64,000 nt of DNA from Vicinamibacteria bacterium (lineage in GTDB: Bacteria; Acidobacteriota; Vicinamibacteria; Marinacidobacterales; Marinacidobacteraceae), in contig CAXXLQ010000004.1 of the NCBI GenBank assembly GCA_963668695.2, positions 1,248,001-1,312,000 of the forward strand, read 5' to 3'. Made by a program: the position numbers and the translations under genes. The notes under the pieces are model-generated. The model was not told the DNA's origin, did no database searches, and was given only the letters and a program-made list of their open reading frames with translations. Shown here one piece after another: positions 18,814 to 27,148 of the stretch. Positions within the stretch are counted from its first letter, which is position 1; every line of letters starts with the position of its first letter.

Positions 18814-20438
18814 CCGGTCGGGACGAGCGTGATCTCGCTGGCTGCCGGGGCCGCCGGGATTCCGAGCTGTTTCGCGTTCTCCTCGAACATTTCGGAGAGC
18901 TGCTGTGCCTGCCGGTCGTAGGCCGACCCGTCATCCCAGGTCTGGCGAGGATCGAGCACCCGGGACGGAACGCCGGGGCATTCACGGGGAATGTCGAGAC
19001 CGAAGACCGGTTCCTGACTGAACCCCGCCCGCTCGATTTCTCCGCTCAGGGCCGCCCGGACCAGTTGGCGAGTCAGGGCGAGGGGCATGCGGTCGGCAAC
19101 CCCGCAGGGACCGCCGGCCCAGCCGGTGTTCACGAGATAGCACCGTACGTTGTTCTCCTGGATGCGGCGTCCCAGCAAGCGCGCGTACGCCTCGGGCCGC
19201 CGCGTCATGAACGGCGCTCCGAAGCAGGCGCTGAACGTCGCTTGCGGTTCCTTGATTCCCCGTTCCGTTCCGGCGACCTTGGCGGTGTAGCCGGAGAGGA
19301 AGTGATGCATGGCCTGCTCGGGAGTCAGCCGCGAGATGGGAGGAAGTACGCCGAAGGCGTCGGCGGTCAACATCAGCACGACTTCGGGTTGTCCGCCGGC
19401 CCCTGTCCTGGAAGCGCTCGGGATGTGGGTCACGGGGTACGAGGCGCGGGTGTTCTCGGTGAACTCCGCACTGTCGAGATCCAGCCGGCGGGTGTCCTCG
19501 TGCACCACCACGTTTTCGAGAATGGTGCCGAACTTCCGGGTGGTGGCGTGGATTTCCGGCTCCCCGGTCCGGGAAAGCCGGATTACCTTGGCGTAGCAGC
19601 CGCCTTCGAAGTTGAAGACACCGTCAGCCCCCCAGCCGTGTTCGTCGTCACCGATCAACGTTCTTCCGGGATCCGCTGAAAGCGTCGTTTTCCCGGTTCC
19701 CGAGAGGCCGAAGAAGATGGCGAGATTCCCGCCGTCGGGGTCGCAGTTCGCCGCGCAGTGCATCGGCAATACGTCGCGTTCCGGCATCAGCCAGTTCATG
19801 ACCGAAAACACCGATTTCTTGATCTCGCCCGCATAGGCGGTGCCGCCGATCAGGATTTCCTTCCGCTCGAAATTGACGATGACGAAGACCTCGGAACGCG
19901 TGCCGTCCTGATCCGGCGCGGCGCGGAACCGGGGCGCCGCGATGACCGTGTACTCCGGAAGGTGTTCTCCCAGCGTGTCGCGGTCTCTCGTCCGCACGAA
20001 CATGTTGCGCGCGAACAGGCTCTGCCAGGCCTCCGCGGTGATGACCCGCAGGGGCATCCGGAAGCGGGGATGGGCGCCCACGTAGCAGTCCTGCACAAAC
20101 AGATCCCGTCCTTGAAGGTACGCGGTGAGGCGCCAGCGCAACTGCGCGTAGCGCGACTTCGGGAAAGGCTGATTGTGGGGGCCCCACCACACCTCGTCGT
20201 TCGTCGCCGGGCCGCCGACCACGTACTTGTCGGAGGGCGAACGGCCAGTGAACTCCCCGGTACGGACCACGATCGGCCCGCCGTGCGCCAAGGTCGCCTC
20301 CCCGCGAAAGACGGCTTCCTGGGTCAGCGCGGCGCTCGAGAGATTCCAGAAGATGCGGCGGGGGTAGCGGATACCGGCAAGCCGCACGTCGTGGCGACTC
20401 CGGGCGAAACCGAACTGTTCTGTTGCTTGATGGGTCAA
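18810..20438 (-). CDS. pckA: Phosphoenolpyruvate carboxykinase (ATP); start uncertain
   Basis: TGRSP, YAGEIKKS, FFGLSGTGKTTLS, IGDDEH and NFEGGCYAK motifs. The longer ORF in the track reads through a MITE. Confidence 0.93.
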   Translation of the reverse strand: MTHQATEQFGFARSRHDVRLAGIRYPRRIFWNLSSAALTQEAVFRGEATLAHGGPIVVRTGEFTGRSPSDKYVVGGPATNDEVWWGPHNQPFPKSRYAQLRWRLTAYLQGRDLFVQDCYVGAHPRFRMPLRVITAEAWQSLFARNMFVRTRDRDTLGEHLPEYTVIAAPRFRAAPDQDGTRSEVFVIVNFERKEILIGGTAYAGEIKKSVFSVMNWLMPERDVLPMHCAANCDPDGGNLAIFFGLSGTGKTTLSADPGRTLIGDDEHGWGADGVFNFEGGCYAKVIRLSRTGEPEIHATTRKFGTILENVVVHEDTRRLDLDSAEFTENTRASYPVTHIPSASRTGAGGQPEVVLMLTADAFGVLPPISRLTPEQAMHHFLSGYTAKVAGTERGIKEPQATFSACFGAPFMTRRPEAYARLLGRRIQENNVRCYLVNTGWAGGPCGVADRMPLALTRQLVRAALSGEIERAGFSQEPVFGLDIPRECPGVPSRVLDPRQTWDDGSAYDRQAQQLSEMFEENAKQLGIPAAPAASEITLVPTG

Positions 20439-20608
20439 TGCGGGGAATGCGGACGGGGAGCGAAATCGGCGGCCTAGATGGAAGGTGCTGCCGGCCTGGG
20501 ACCGCTGCGCGGTCGGCTGGCGTGCTCCAGGCGTCGCGAACGGCCCATTACGGCACCGGGGTCTCCCGCAGGACGACTCGATCAGGAGTCGGGAGGCGTT
20601 GATTCTAG

Positions 20609-21162
20609 TAGCCGGTGGCGGAACCCGCGTGAGCGCGCCGAGGCCGGTGAGGCGCCCGGCTGACAAGGCGCGTGAGGGAGGAATACCGGGTGTATTCCGA
20701 CTGAAACGCAACGATGAGCGGCGCGCAGCGACGCGGTGAACAGCCGGTGGTGGAACCCACGTGAGCGCCGAGGTCGGCCAGTTCTCCCGGTGGGGGCGAG
20801 GCCCAGTTCTCCCGGTGGGGGTCCGGCTGACAAGGCGGGTGAGGGAGGAGCCCCCACCGGGAGAACTGGCCCGGGTGTATTCCGACCGAAACGCAACGAT
20901 GGGCGGCGCGAAGCGACGCGCAGTTCTCCCGGTGGGGGTCCGGCTGACAAGGCGCGTGAGGGAGGAGCCCCCACCGGGAGAACTGGCCCGGGTGTATTCC
21001 GACTGAAACGCAACGATGAGCGGCGCGCAGCGACGCGGTTCAGCCGGGATGGATCGCCGGCCGAACGCCGCGTGGGTTTCATCACCGGTTGTTTGGCCGG
21101 GATGGATCGCCGGCCGAGCCCCCACCGGGAGAACTGGGCCGCGCGGGTTTCACCACCGGCTG
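20609..21162. mobile_element. MITE-like element, family A (expanded, reverse orientation)
   Basis: CTAG-TAGCCGGTGG ... CACCACCGGCTG, with internally duplicated modules. Confidence 0.75.
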
Positions 21163-21233
21163 CCAGTGCCGAATTCGAACGCCGGCGCGCGCCGGGTGGT
21201 GCTCCGTTCGGCCGCCGTTTGGGCTCTGACCGA

Positions 21234-22013
21234 TCATCCGCTGGCGGTTGGCTCCACTTCGTCGAGCCCGCTCTGGATGGCGTCCCGGACCCGGTCCATC
21301 AGAGCTCCGATCTGCCGGCGGTCCCGGCCATCGATTCCCTTGGTCTCTATGGGGTCGTGATACCGGACCTGGATGGTTCCCGGATAGATGAGCTTGCCGC
21401 CCGGCGAAAGGATGTCCCTGGCCCCGGTAACCGTGATGGGCACGATCGGGACCTCCGCCTGGATTGCGAGACGGAATCCGCCCGTTTTGAACGGGCCAAG
21501 TTCCCCGGTGCGACTACGGGTTCCTTCGGGCGCGATCACGAACGATCGACCACCCTTGAGAGCGGTGACCGCCGCTTCGAGGCTCTCTCGGGCCGCCTTC
21601 ATACCCGACCGGTCCACGGGCGTGAATCCCGCGGCGCGGAGGCCCCAGCCGAGCAGCGGCACCCGGAATGACTCTTTCTTGATGAGCGTTCCGTTGGCTT
21701 TGGGCAGGAGGTAGAGCACCTGCGGCATGTCCGTCAGCGACTGGTGGTTCGGCATGTACACCCGCGTACCGAACGGCTTGACGCGCCAACGATCCACTTC
21801 GCGCATCCGGATACCGCCAATGAACCAGAGAACGGCAATGATCTGGCGTCCGATCTCGTAGCCAAGACGATGCCGGCCGCTGAAGACATCCCCGAGGGGC
21901 ATCAGGAACGCCCCGAGAAACAGCAGAATCGGCAAAACCGCGGCGATTCCAATGGTGCCGAGGATGGCGCGTACGGTCCGTAATGGCCTGCGCCGGACAG
22001 ACTCTCGAACCAT
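21234..22013 (-). CDS. plsC: 1-acyl-sn-glycerol-3-phosphate acyltransferase (PlsC family)
   Basis: NHQSLTD, PEGTRS and FKTGGF motifs. Confidence 0.88.
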   Translation of the reverse strand: MVRESVRRRPLRTVRAILGTIGIAAVLPILLFLGAFLMPLGDVFSGRHRLGYEIGRQIIAVLWFIGGIRMREVDRWRVKPFGTRVYMPNHQSLTDMPQVLYLLPKANGTLIKKESFRVPLLGWGLRAAGFTPVDRSGMKAARESLEAAVTALKGGRSFVIAPEGTRSRTGELGPFKTGGFRLAIQAEVPIVPITVTGARDILSPGGKLIYPGTIQVRYHDPIETKGIDGRDRRQIGALMDRVRDAIQSGLDEVEPTASG

Positions 22014-22076
22014 GAGTATGGGCCGCTCAGGCAGTCACGCGCCGAATTCTTTTCCGGCGCGGATGCGCTTGCCTAG

Positions 22077-22289
22077 CAGCGTGTGGAGGAAGTCGCTGGG
22101 CGCCAGCCCGAGCCCGCGGTGCCGAGCGCCGCTCGGGAGGGGTATCTCCTCGAAACGAAAGACGGTGGAGCGGATCGCGAAGCGATGCGCTCCGCCATCC
22201 CGGGAGGGAAGCGCCCCGCATCCGACCGATTCCGCAGACTTGGGGTGTTTCCCGTCGTGATCGCGAGCGGGGTGCTTCCCCCCGGGGCG
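22077..22289. mobile_element. MITE-like element, family B
   Basis: Flanked by CTAG on both sides (22073 and 22290). Similar to 23167-23384. Confidence 0.6.
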
Positions 22290-22937
22290 CTAGTAGCGGT
22301 TGATGGAGATGGAGACGGGACGCCGCCCGCTGTCCAAGCCCTTGGCCAGCCTCCGCCGCTTGGGCGGTCGCAGGGGCACTACTACGCTGGTGGCGGCGCC
22401 GGCGGCTCTCCCTTCGTGCTCTCCCTCTCGGGCCTCGTGGCCCTCCAGTCCGTTCCGGCTCCGGCGCAGCGCCTCCACGACCTTGCGTTCCACCGCCTCG
22501 AGGGTCTCGTCGGCGACTTCGGCGACCTCGGTCACGGTGAGCTGGTGCGCCCGGTCGAGCATCCGCTTCTCGCGGAAGGAAAGGGTCTTGCGCTCGCTCA
22601 GGTAGAAGAGACCCTTGAGGACGCTGGCGACCTCCACCGGAGAACCGCTCTTCATGCGGTCGGAGTTGTCCTTGTAACGGGTCTTCCAGTTGACCTGTTC
22701 GTCCACCGCGCCGTTTTCGAGAACGTCGAGAACCTCCTCGACGTCACCTTCGGTCATGATCCGGCGCAGCCCGACTTCATTTACCTTGTCCACCGGCACC
22801 ATGACCAGCGTGGACTTCGCCAGCAGGCGCAGACGATAGAAGCTCAGCCCCGCCGCCACGTTGGTGAATTCAATGCTCTCGACGACGCTGATCCCCTGAT
22901 TCGGGTAGATCACCTTGTCTCCCACTTCAAACCGCAT
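22290..22937 (-). CDS. carD: CarD-family transcriptional regulator
   Basis: FEVGDKVIYPNQG, VMVPV, GLR, NWKTRYK and LSFREKRML motifs. Confidence 0.9.
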   Translation of the reverse strand: MRFEVGDKVIYPNQGISVVESIEFTNVAAGLSFYRLRLLAKSTLVMVPVDKVNEVGLRRIMTEGDVEEVLDVLENGAVDEQVNWKTRYKDNSDRMKSGSPVEVASVLKGLFYLSERKTLSFREKRMLDRAHQLTVTEVAEVADETLEAVERKVVEALRRSRNGLEGHEAREGEHEGRAAGAATSVVVPLRPPKRRRLAKGLDSGRRPVSISINRY

Positions 22938-23166
22938 CAATACTCAACGACGCCTCCCGGATAGCATTTTTAGTACGCGAACCCCTGATGCTACCACACT
23001 CGGAAAGACCCGACCGCTGGCACTCCTGGGATTTGGTGACTTTGTCGACTTGCCGGGGTTGGCTCTCGGAACCTCGTCGTTGCCCGCTGCCGGGTGAGAG
23101 GTACGAATGACGGCCCTCGCGACGTCTCCTTCAGGGTCGAGGACGCTTGGGAGGAGGGATTGTCAG

Positions 23167-23384
23167 CAGCCGGTGGCGCAAGTCGCGCAGCGTCAAATTG
23201 CGGCGCGCAGCGCCGCAGGCGACGGGTGTGGGGAGGGGTTTCCCCTCCTCACGAAAGACGGTGGGGTGCATCGCGGAGCGATTCGCGCCGCCATCCCGTG
23301 GGGGAGAGCACCCGCAACCAAAGATCTGAGATTTGGCGCGTTTCCGGTCATGGACGCGATCCGGGGTGCTTTCCCCACGGGCCG
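23167..23384. mobile_element. MITE-like element, family B
   Basis: CAGCCGGTGG end. Shares acgaaagacggtgg...cgccatccc...ggggtgctt with 22077-22289. Confidence 0.6.
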
Positions 23385-23434
23385 TGAGTAGACTGTCCGT
23401 CCGAGCGCCGGTCCGGCGGTGACTTCGGGGGATA

Positions 23435-23522
23435 GCCGGAGTGGCGGAATTGGTAGACGCACGGGACTCAAAATCCCGCGGTCCCTGGGGCCATGAGGGT
23501 TCGAGTCCCTCCTCCGGCACCA
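23435..23522 (+). tRNA. tRNA-Leu (CAA)
   Basis: GCCGGAG...CTCCGGC-ACCA acceptor stem, anticodon loop CTCAAAA, long variable arm, GGTTCGAG T-loop. Confidence 0.96.
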
Positions 23523-23553
23523 GCCCCCTGCTCGCGCTGGGCTCCGTGACCCG

Positions 23554-23892
23554 ATGATCCATCCCGAACTCCTGGAAATCCTCTGCTGCCCGGAGACGCG
23601 CCAACCGGTAAGGGTGGCGCCTGCGGCGCTGGTGGAATCCGTGAACCGCGCCATCCGCGACGGAAGTCTCGAGGCGCCGGCCGGCACTGCGAAGCCCGAG
23701 GCCGTGGACGGCGGCTTGGTTCGGGCGGACGGGAAGTTCCTCTATCCCGTCCGGAACGGGATTCCGATCATGCTGATCGAGGAACGGATCCCGCTTCCCG
23801 CGCTCGGGGATGTCCCCGCAGAGTCAGGCCAGGATGTTGAAGAGGGTGGCGACTCCGGTCATCATCCAGTGGAGACTGGCTCCGGGTCCTGA
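23554..23892 (+). CDS. Trm112-family protein
   Basis: LLEILCCPETRQP ... YPVRNGIPIMLIEE. Confidence 0.85.
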   Translation: MIHPELLEILCCPETRQPVRVAPAALVESVNRAIRDGSLEAPAGTAKPEAVDGGLVRADGKFLYPVRNGIPIMLIEERIPLPALGDVPAESGQDVEEGGDSGHHPVETGSGS

Positions 23893-24279
23893 CAGCAGGG
23901 CCTGCCGGAGCGAACCGGGCGGCTCCGTCATCCGGGCGGCTGCCCCCGTCTCGTCTCCCATCAGGGGCGGTTCCGCGGTCCTCTGGAACACGTCGTCGTA
24001 GAGGCGTTCCAGTCGCTCGTCGGTGCGGGTGAGCGAAGCGTCGAGCCACCAAAACCACAGCGCGATCGGCAGAGCTGCCAGGCGCAGCAACAGCCATCCC
24101 TGCAGGGCGCCGACGCCCATGGCGCCCGCCACCACGGCGACGCTCCCGCGCTTCAACCAGAGCGATGTTCTGGTCACCGAGGCTCGCGCGGTCTGAATCC
24201 GGTCCAAAGCCCCGTCCCGTTCCGTGCGATGGGCCCTCGGCGGTTCGGCGCGCAAGCGGGGACGGCCAGTTACCGGCAT
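23824..24279 (-). CDS. Hypothetical membrane protein
   Basis: Hydrophobic segments; LKRGSV...FWWLDA..T..ERL..LY. Confidence 0.55.
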   Translation of the reverse strand: MPVTGRPRLRAEPPRAHRTERDGALDRIQTARASVTRTSLWLKRGSVAVVAGAMGVGALQGWLLLRLAALPIALWFWWLDASLTRTDERLERLYDDVFQRTAEPPLMGDETGAAARMTEPPGSLRQALLSGPGASLHWMMTGVATLFNILA

Positions 24280-24307
24280 CTCAGCAACCAGTCAGCGATG
24301 GCCTTGG

Positions 24308-24394
24308 CAGCGGGTGGCGAAAGTCGGCCCGTGTCCGCCTGCGGCGCGGAGCGCCGCAGGCGAGGCGTGCGAAGGGGTGCTTTTCCACGGGCTG
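24308..24394. mobile_element. Short family-B MITE-like copy
   Basis: CAGCGGGTGG ... CCACGGGCTG-CTAA. Shares agcgccgcaggcga with the 23167 copy. Confidence 0.5.
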
Positions 24395-24730
24395 CTAATG
24401 AACCGTGGAGGAATCGGTCCCCTGGGGTCGAGGGACATTCTCATTTTCGGCCTGCTCTACGGCGCGCAACTGGGTTTCGAGCATCTTGATGAGGGCAGGG
24501 ATAATCCGGAAGGGAAGCGTGACCCGGGTCTTGGGATCCGCGTGCACGACAGGCTCCCCGGTCGCATCGGTATGGGAAAGATCCTCCGGCTGAATGCCCG
24601 TGAGACTGCAGAAAGTGAGCGTCAGATCGAACGGCGAATGCGTTGCTTCGCAGAAGTTCGCATACACCTCGGGACACTGGACACCGCGCCGAGCCTTGAT
24701 CTTGAACGTTTTCTTCATGTCCATAGACAT
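24395..24730 (-). CDS. DUF3467-like protein
   Basis: EVYANFCEATHSPFDLTLTF ... RVTLP motif. Confidence 0.7.
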   Translation of the reverse strand: MSMDMKKTFKIKARRGVQCPEVYANFCEATHSPFDLTLTFCSLTGIQPEDLSHTDATGEPVVHADPKTRVTLPFRIIPALIKMLETQLRAVEQAENENVPRPQGTDSSTVH

Positions 24731-24769
24731 CTCCAGCAATGGGATCTCCAACTTGGAGGTTACCGTCGG

Positions 24770-24843
24770 TAGCGGGGGGCGGACTTGAACCGCCGACCTA
24801 AGGGTTATGAGTCCTTCGCTCTGACCGGCTGAGCTACCCCGCC
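24770..24843 (-). tRNA. tRNA with CAT anticodon (probably elongator Met); CCA not fully encoded
   Basis: GGCGGGGTAGCTCAG...CTCATAA...GGTTCAAGTCC...CCCCGCTA. Confidence 0.92.
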
Positions 24844-24953
24844 AACCGATATTTCGTCGGAACCGGCCAACCTTATCATCGCGCCAGCTTGGCACGCCGG
24901 TTGCGTTTTGGTGCGTTGTCTCGTGCCCCAAGGCGCGGAAAGGAGCCATTGTT

Positions 24954-25619
24954 ATGAAGAAGATCGAGCGCCCCGCGCCGGTTCGGTTCGGCCCGTTCCG
25001 GACTCTCCTGGTGGCCGTGCCGTTTGGCCTCGCCTCCGTCGGACAGGCAGCGGCGGAACCCCGCCCGGAGCCGGATGCCCGCGTCGCCGCCGTTTCGTCC
25101 GCGGAGGCCGGAATTCAGTCGGCGGTTCAGCCGGGCCGCGAGCGGATGGCGCGCCGGTTCGAGCGCGGGACGGTGATTCGGGAACGTCGCACCCGCCGTG
25201 ACTCCCGCCGTGATTCCCGCGTAGATCAGGCCGGACGCTGGTTCGGACGCCGGGCGGCCGCGGCGCTGGACCTCACTGACGATCAGCGCGATCAGATGCG
25301 ACAGGCGATGCGCGAAATCGGCGACAACCGCCGGGACAGCCGGCGCGAGATTGCCGACGCGCGACGCTCTTTCCGTCAAGCGGCGCGAGACTCAGAGAGG
25401 ACCGCAGCGGAGATCCAGACGCTCGGAGAGGCCCTCGGGAAGGCCCAGGCCGATGCAGTCGTTCGGGGACGCGCCGATCGGGACCGGCTGGCCGGCATCC
25501 TGAGCGAAGAGCAGCGCGCGCGGCTCGCGCAGATGCGCCAGAACCGCGGCGAGCGCGTCCGCCCCGAACGGCGGAACCAGCCGGAAGCGCGGAGCCGGCG
25601 AGGCGCGCGCCGCAACTGA
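24954..25619 (+). CDS. Spy/CpxP-family periplasmic protein
   Basis: Signal peptide; two LTxxQ-type motifs (LDLTDDQR, ILSEEQR). Confidence 0.75.
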   Translation: MKKIERPAPVRFGPFRTLLVAVPFGLASVGQAAAEPRPEPDARVAAVSSAEAGIQSAVQPGRERMARRFERGTVIRERRTRRDSRRDSRVDQAGRWFGRRAAAALDLTDDQRDQMRQAMREIGDNRRDSRREIADARRSFRQAARDSERTAAEIQTLGEALGKAQADAVVRGRADRDRLAGILSEEQRARLAQMRQNRGERVRPERRNQPEARSRRGARRN

Positions 25620-25634
25620 CGGCTGCCTCCTTGG

Positions 25635-26466
25635 CAGCCTGTGGTGAAACCCGCGCGGCCCAGTTCTCCCGGTGGGGGCTCGGCCGGCGATCCATCCCGG
25701 CCAAACAACCGGTAGTGAAACCCACGCGGCCCAGTTCTCCCGGTGGGGGCTCGGCCGGCGATCCATCCCGGCCAAACAGCCGGTGATGAAACCCACGCGG
25801 CCCAGTTCTCCCGGTGGGGGCTCGGCCGGCGATCCATCCCGGCCAAACCGCGTCGCTGCGCGCCGCTCATCGTTGCTGTTTCGGTCGGAATACGCCCGGC
25901 CCAGTTCTCCCGGTGGGGGCTCCTCCCTCACGCGCCTTGTCAGCCGGGCCCCCACCGGGAGGACTGGCCCCACCGGGAGAACTGGGCCTCGCCCCCACCG
26001 GGAGAACTGGCCAACCTCGGCGCTCACGTGGGTTCCACCACCGGCTGTTCACCGCGTCGCTGCGCGCCGCTCAGCGTTGCGTTTCGGTCGGAATACACCC
26101 GGGCCAGTTCTCCCGGTGGGGGCTCCTCCCTCACGCGCCTTGTCAGCCGGGCCCCCACCGGGAGGACTGGCCCCACCGGGAGAACTGGGCCTCGCCCCCA
26201 CCGGGAGAACTGGCCAACCTCGGCGCTCACGTGGGTTCCACCACCGGCTGTTCACCACGTCGTTTCCACCACCGGCTGCGCGCCGCTCAGCGTTGCGTTT
26301 CGGTCGGAATACACCCGGGCCAGTTCTCCCGGTGGGGGCTCCTCCCTCACGCGCCTTGTCAGCCGGGCCCCCACCGGGAGGACTGGCCCCACCGGGAGAA
26401 CTGGGCCTCGCCCCCACCGGGAGAACTGGCCGGCCTCGGCGCTCACCCGGGTTCCACCACCGGCTG
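25635..26466. mobile_element. Family-A MITE expanded into tandem modules (3 x 71 bp + about 3 x 200 bp)
   Basis: Left modules start at 25635, 25706 and 25777. Right modules each end in CACCACCGGCTG. Followed by TTAA. Confidence 0.8.
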
Positions 26467-26540
26467 TTAACCGAAGCGCTTCCTTGTCCCCCGGGGTGTT
26501 CTCCGGGAGACCGGCTGATTGGGAGGCTGCGCGCAACCGC

Positions 26541-26807
26541 TCAGGATGCGGCCTGTTCCTCTTCCTCTTCCTCTTCTTCGAGCGCGACCCGTTCATCGTC
26601 TGTCAGGACGTCGGCCATCTTCCAGACGGGTTCCTGGGGACCCGCAACCAAACCCTCAATATCCGGATCTCCATCCGTGCGCACCGGAATTTCGCGCTCT
26701 TTCTCGATGGACCGCTCCCGGCGCTGCACAGCCTTGGCCCGCTGACGCGCTACGCGCTCCTTTTCCTTCCGGCGCTTGAGGAAGGTCTGTCGGGAGCGGT
26801 TGGCCAT
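26541..26807 (-). CDS. Small hypothetical protein (basic N-terminus, acidic C-terminus)
   Basis: MANRSRQTFLKRRKEKER...DPDIEGLVAGPQ. Confidence 0.65.
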   Translation of the reverse strand: MANRSRQTFLKRRKEKERVARQRAKAVQRRERSIEKEREIPVRTDGDPDIEGLVAGPQEPVWKMADVLTDDERVALEEEEEEEEQAAS

Positions 26808-26824
26808 GGGGTCCGGAATGCTAG

Positions 26825-26980
26825 CAGCGCGTGGGCACAGTGAGGTGAGCGCCGAGTCTGGCCAGTCCTCCCGGTGGGGGCGAGGCCCAGTTCTCCCGGT
26901 GGGGGTCCGGCTGACGAGGCGCGCGAGGGAGGAGCCCCCACCGGGAGAGAACCTGGTCGCGCGACTTTGTCCACAGGCTG
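26825..26980. mobile_element. Family-A MITE, partial or degenerate
   Basis: CTAG-CAGCGCGTGG ... GTCCACAGGCTG; contains 18-mer variants. Confidence 0.6.
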
Positions 26981-27148
26981 CTGGCAGCGTGTGGAGCCGA
27001 GCCAGCCTGGCCGCGTCAGCGTCGACCGTCGGGTGAGGATGGCCGGCCGCGGCCGCCGTTCGCGACGAACTGTTGGTACGGGACGGCTCCCCGCCGGAGG
27101 CCGTATGCTCTTGGGTTTTCCGATTCGTCTCTCCGAGGAGATCGTCTG

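Noticed and set aside
20439-21125. Long N-terminal extension of PckA (likewise 36833-37243 and 50762-51397 for other genes)
   Set aside because: These are ORF-caller read-through into MITE sequence; recognisable homology starts downstream.
25635-26466. CRISPR array
   Set aside because: The sequences between repeats are themselves repeated, spacing is irregular, both orientations occur, and there are no cas genes.
25672-26843. ORFs rich in PPGELA/PHRENW/PTGRTG repeats
   Set aside because: They are translations of the MITE and the 18-mer in several frames, with no evidence of real coding.
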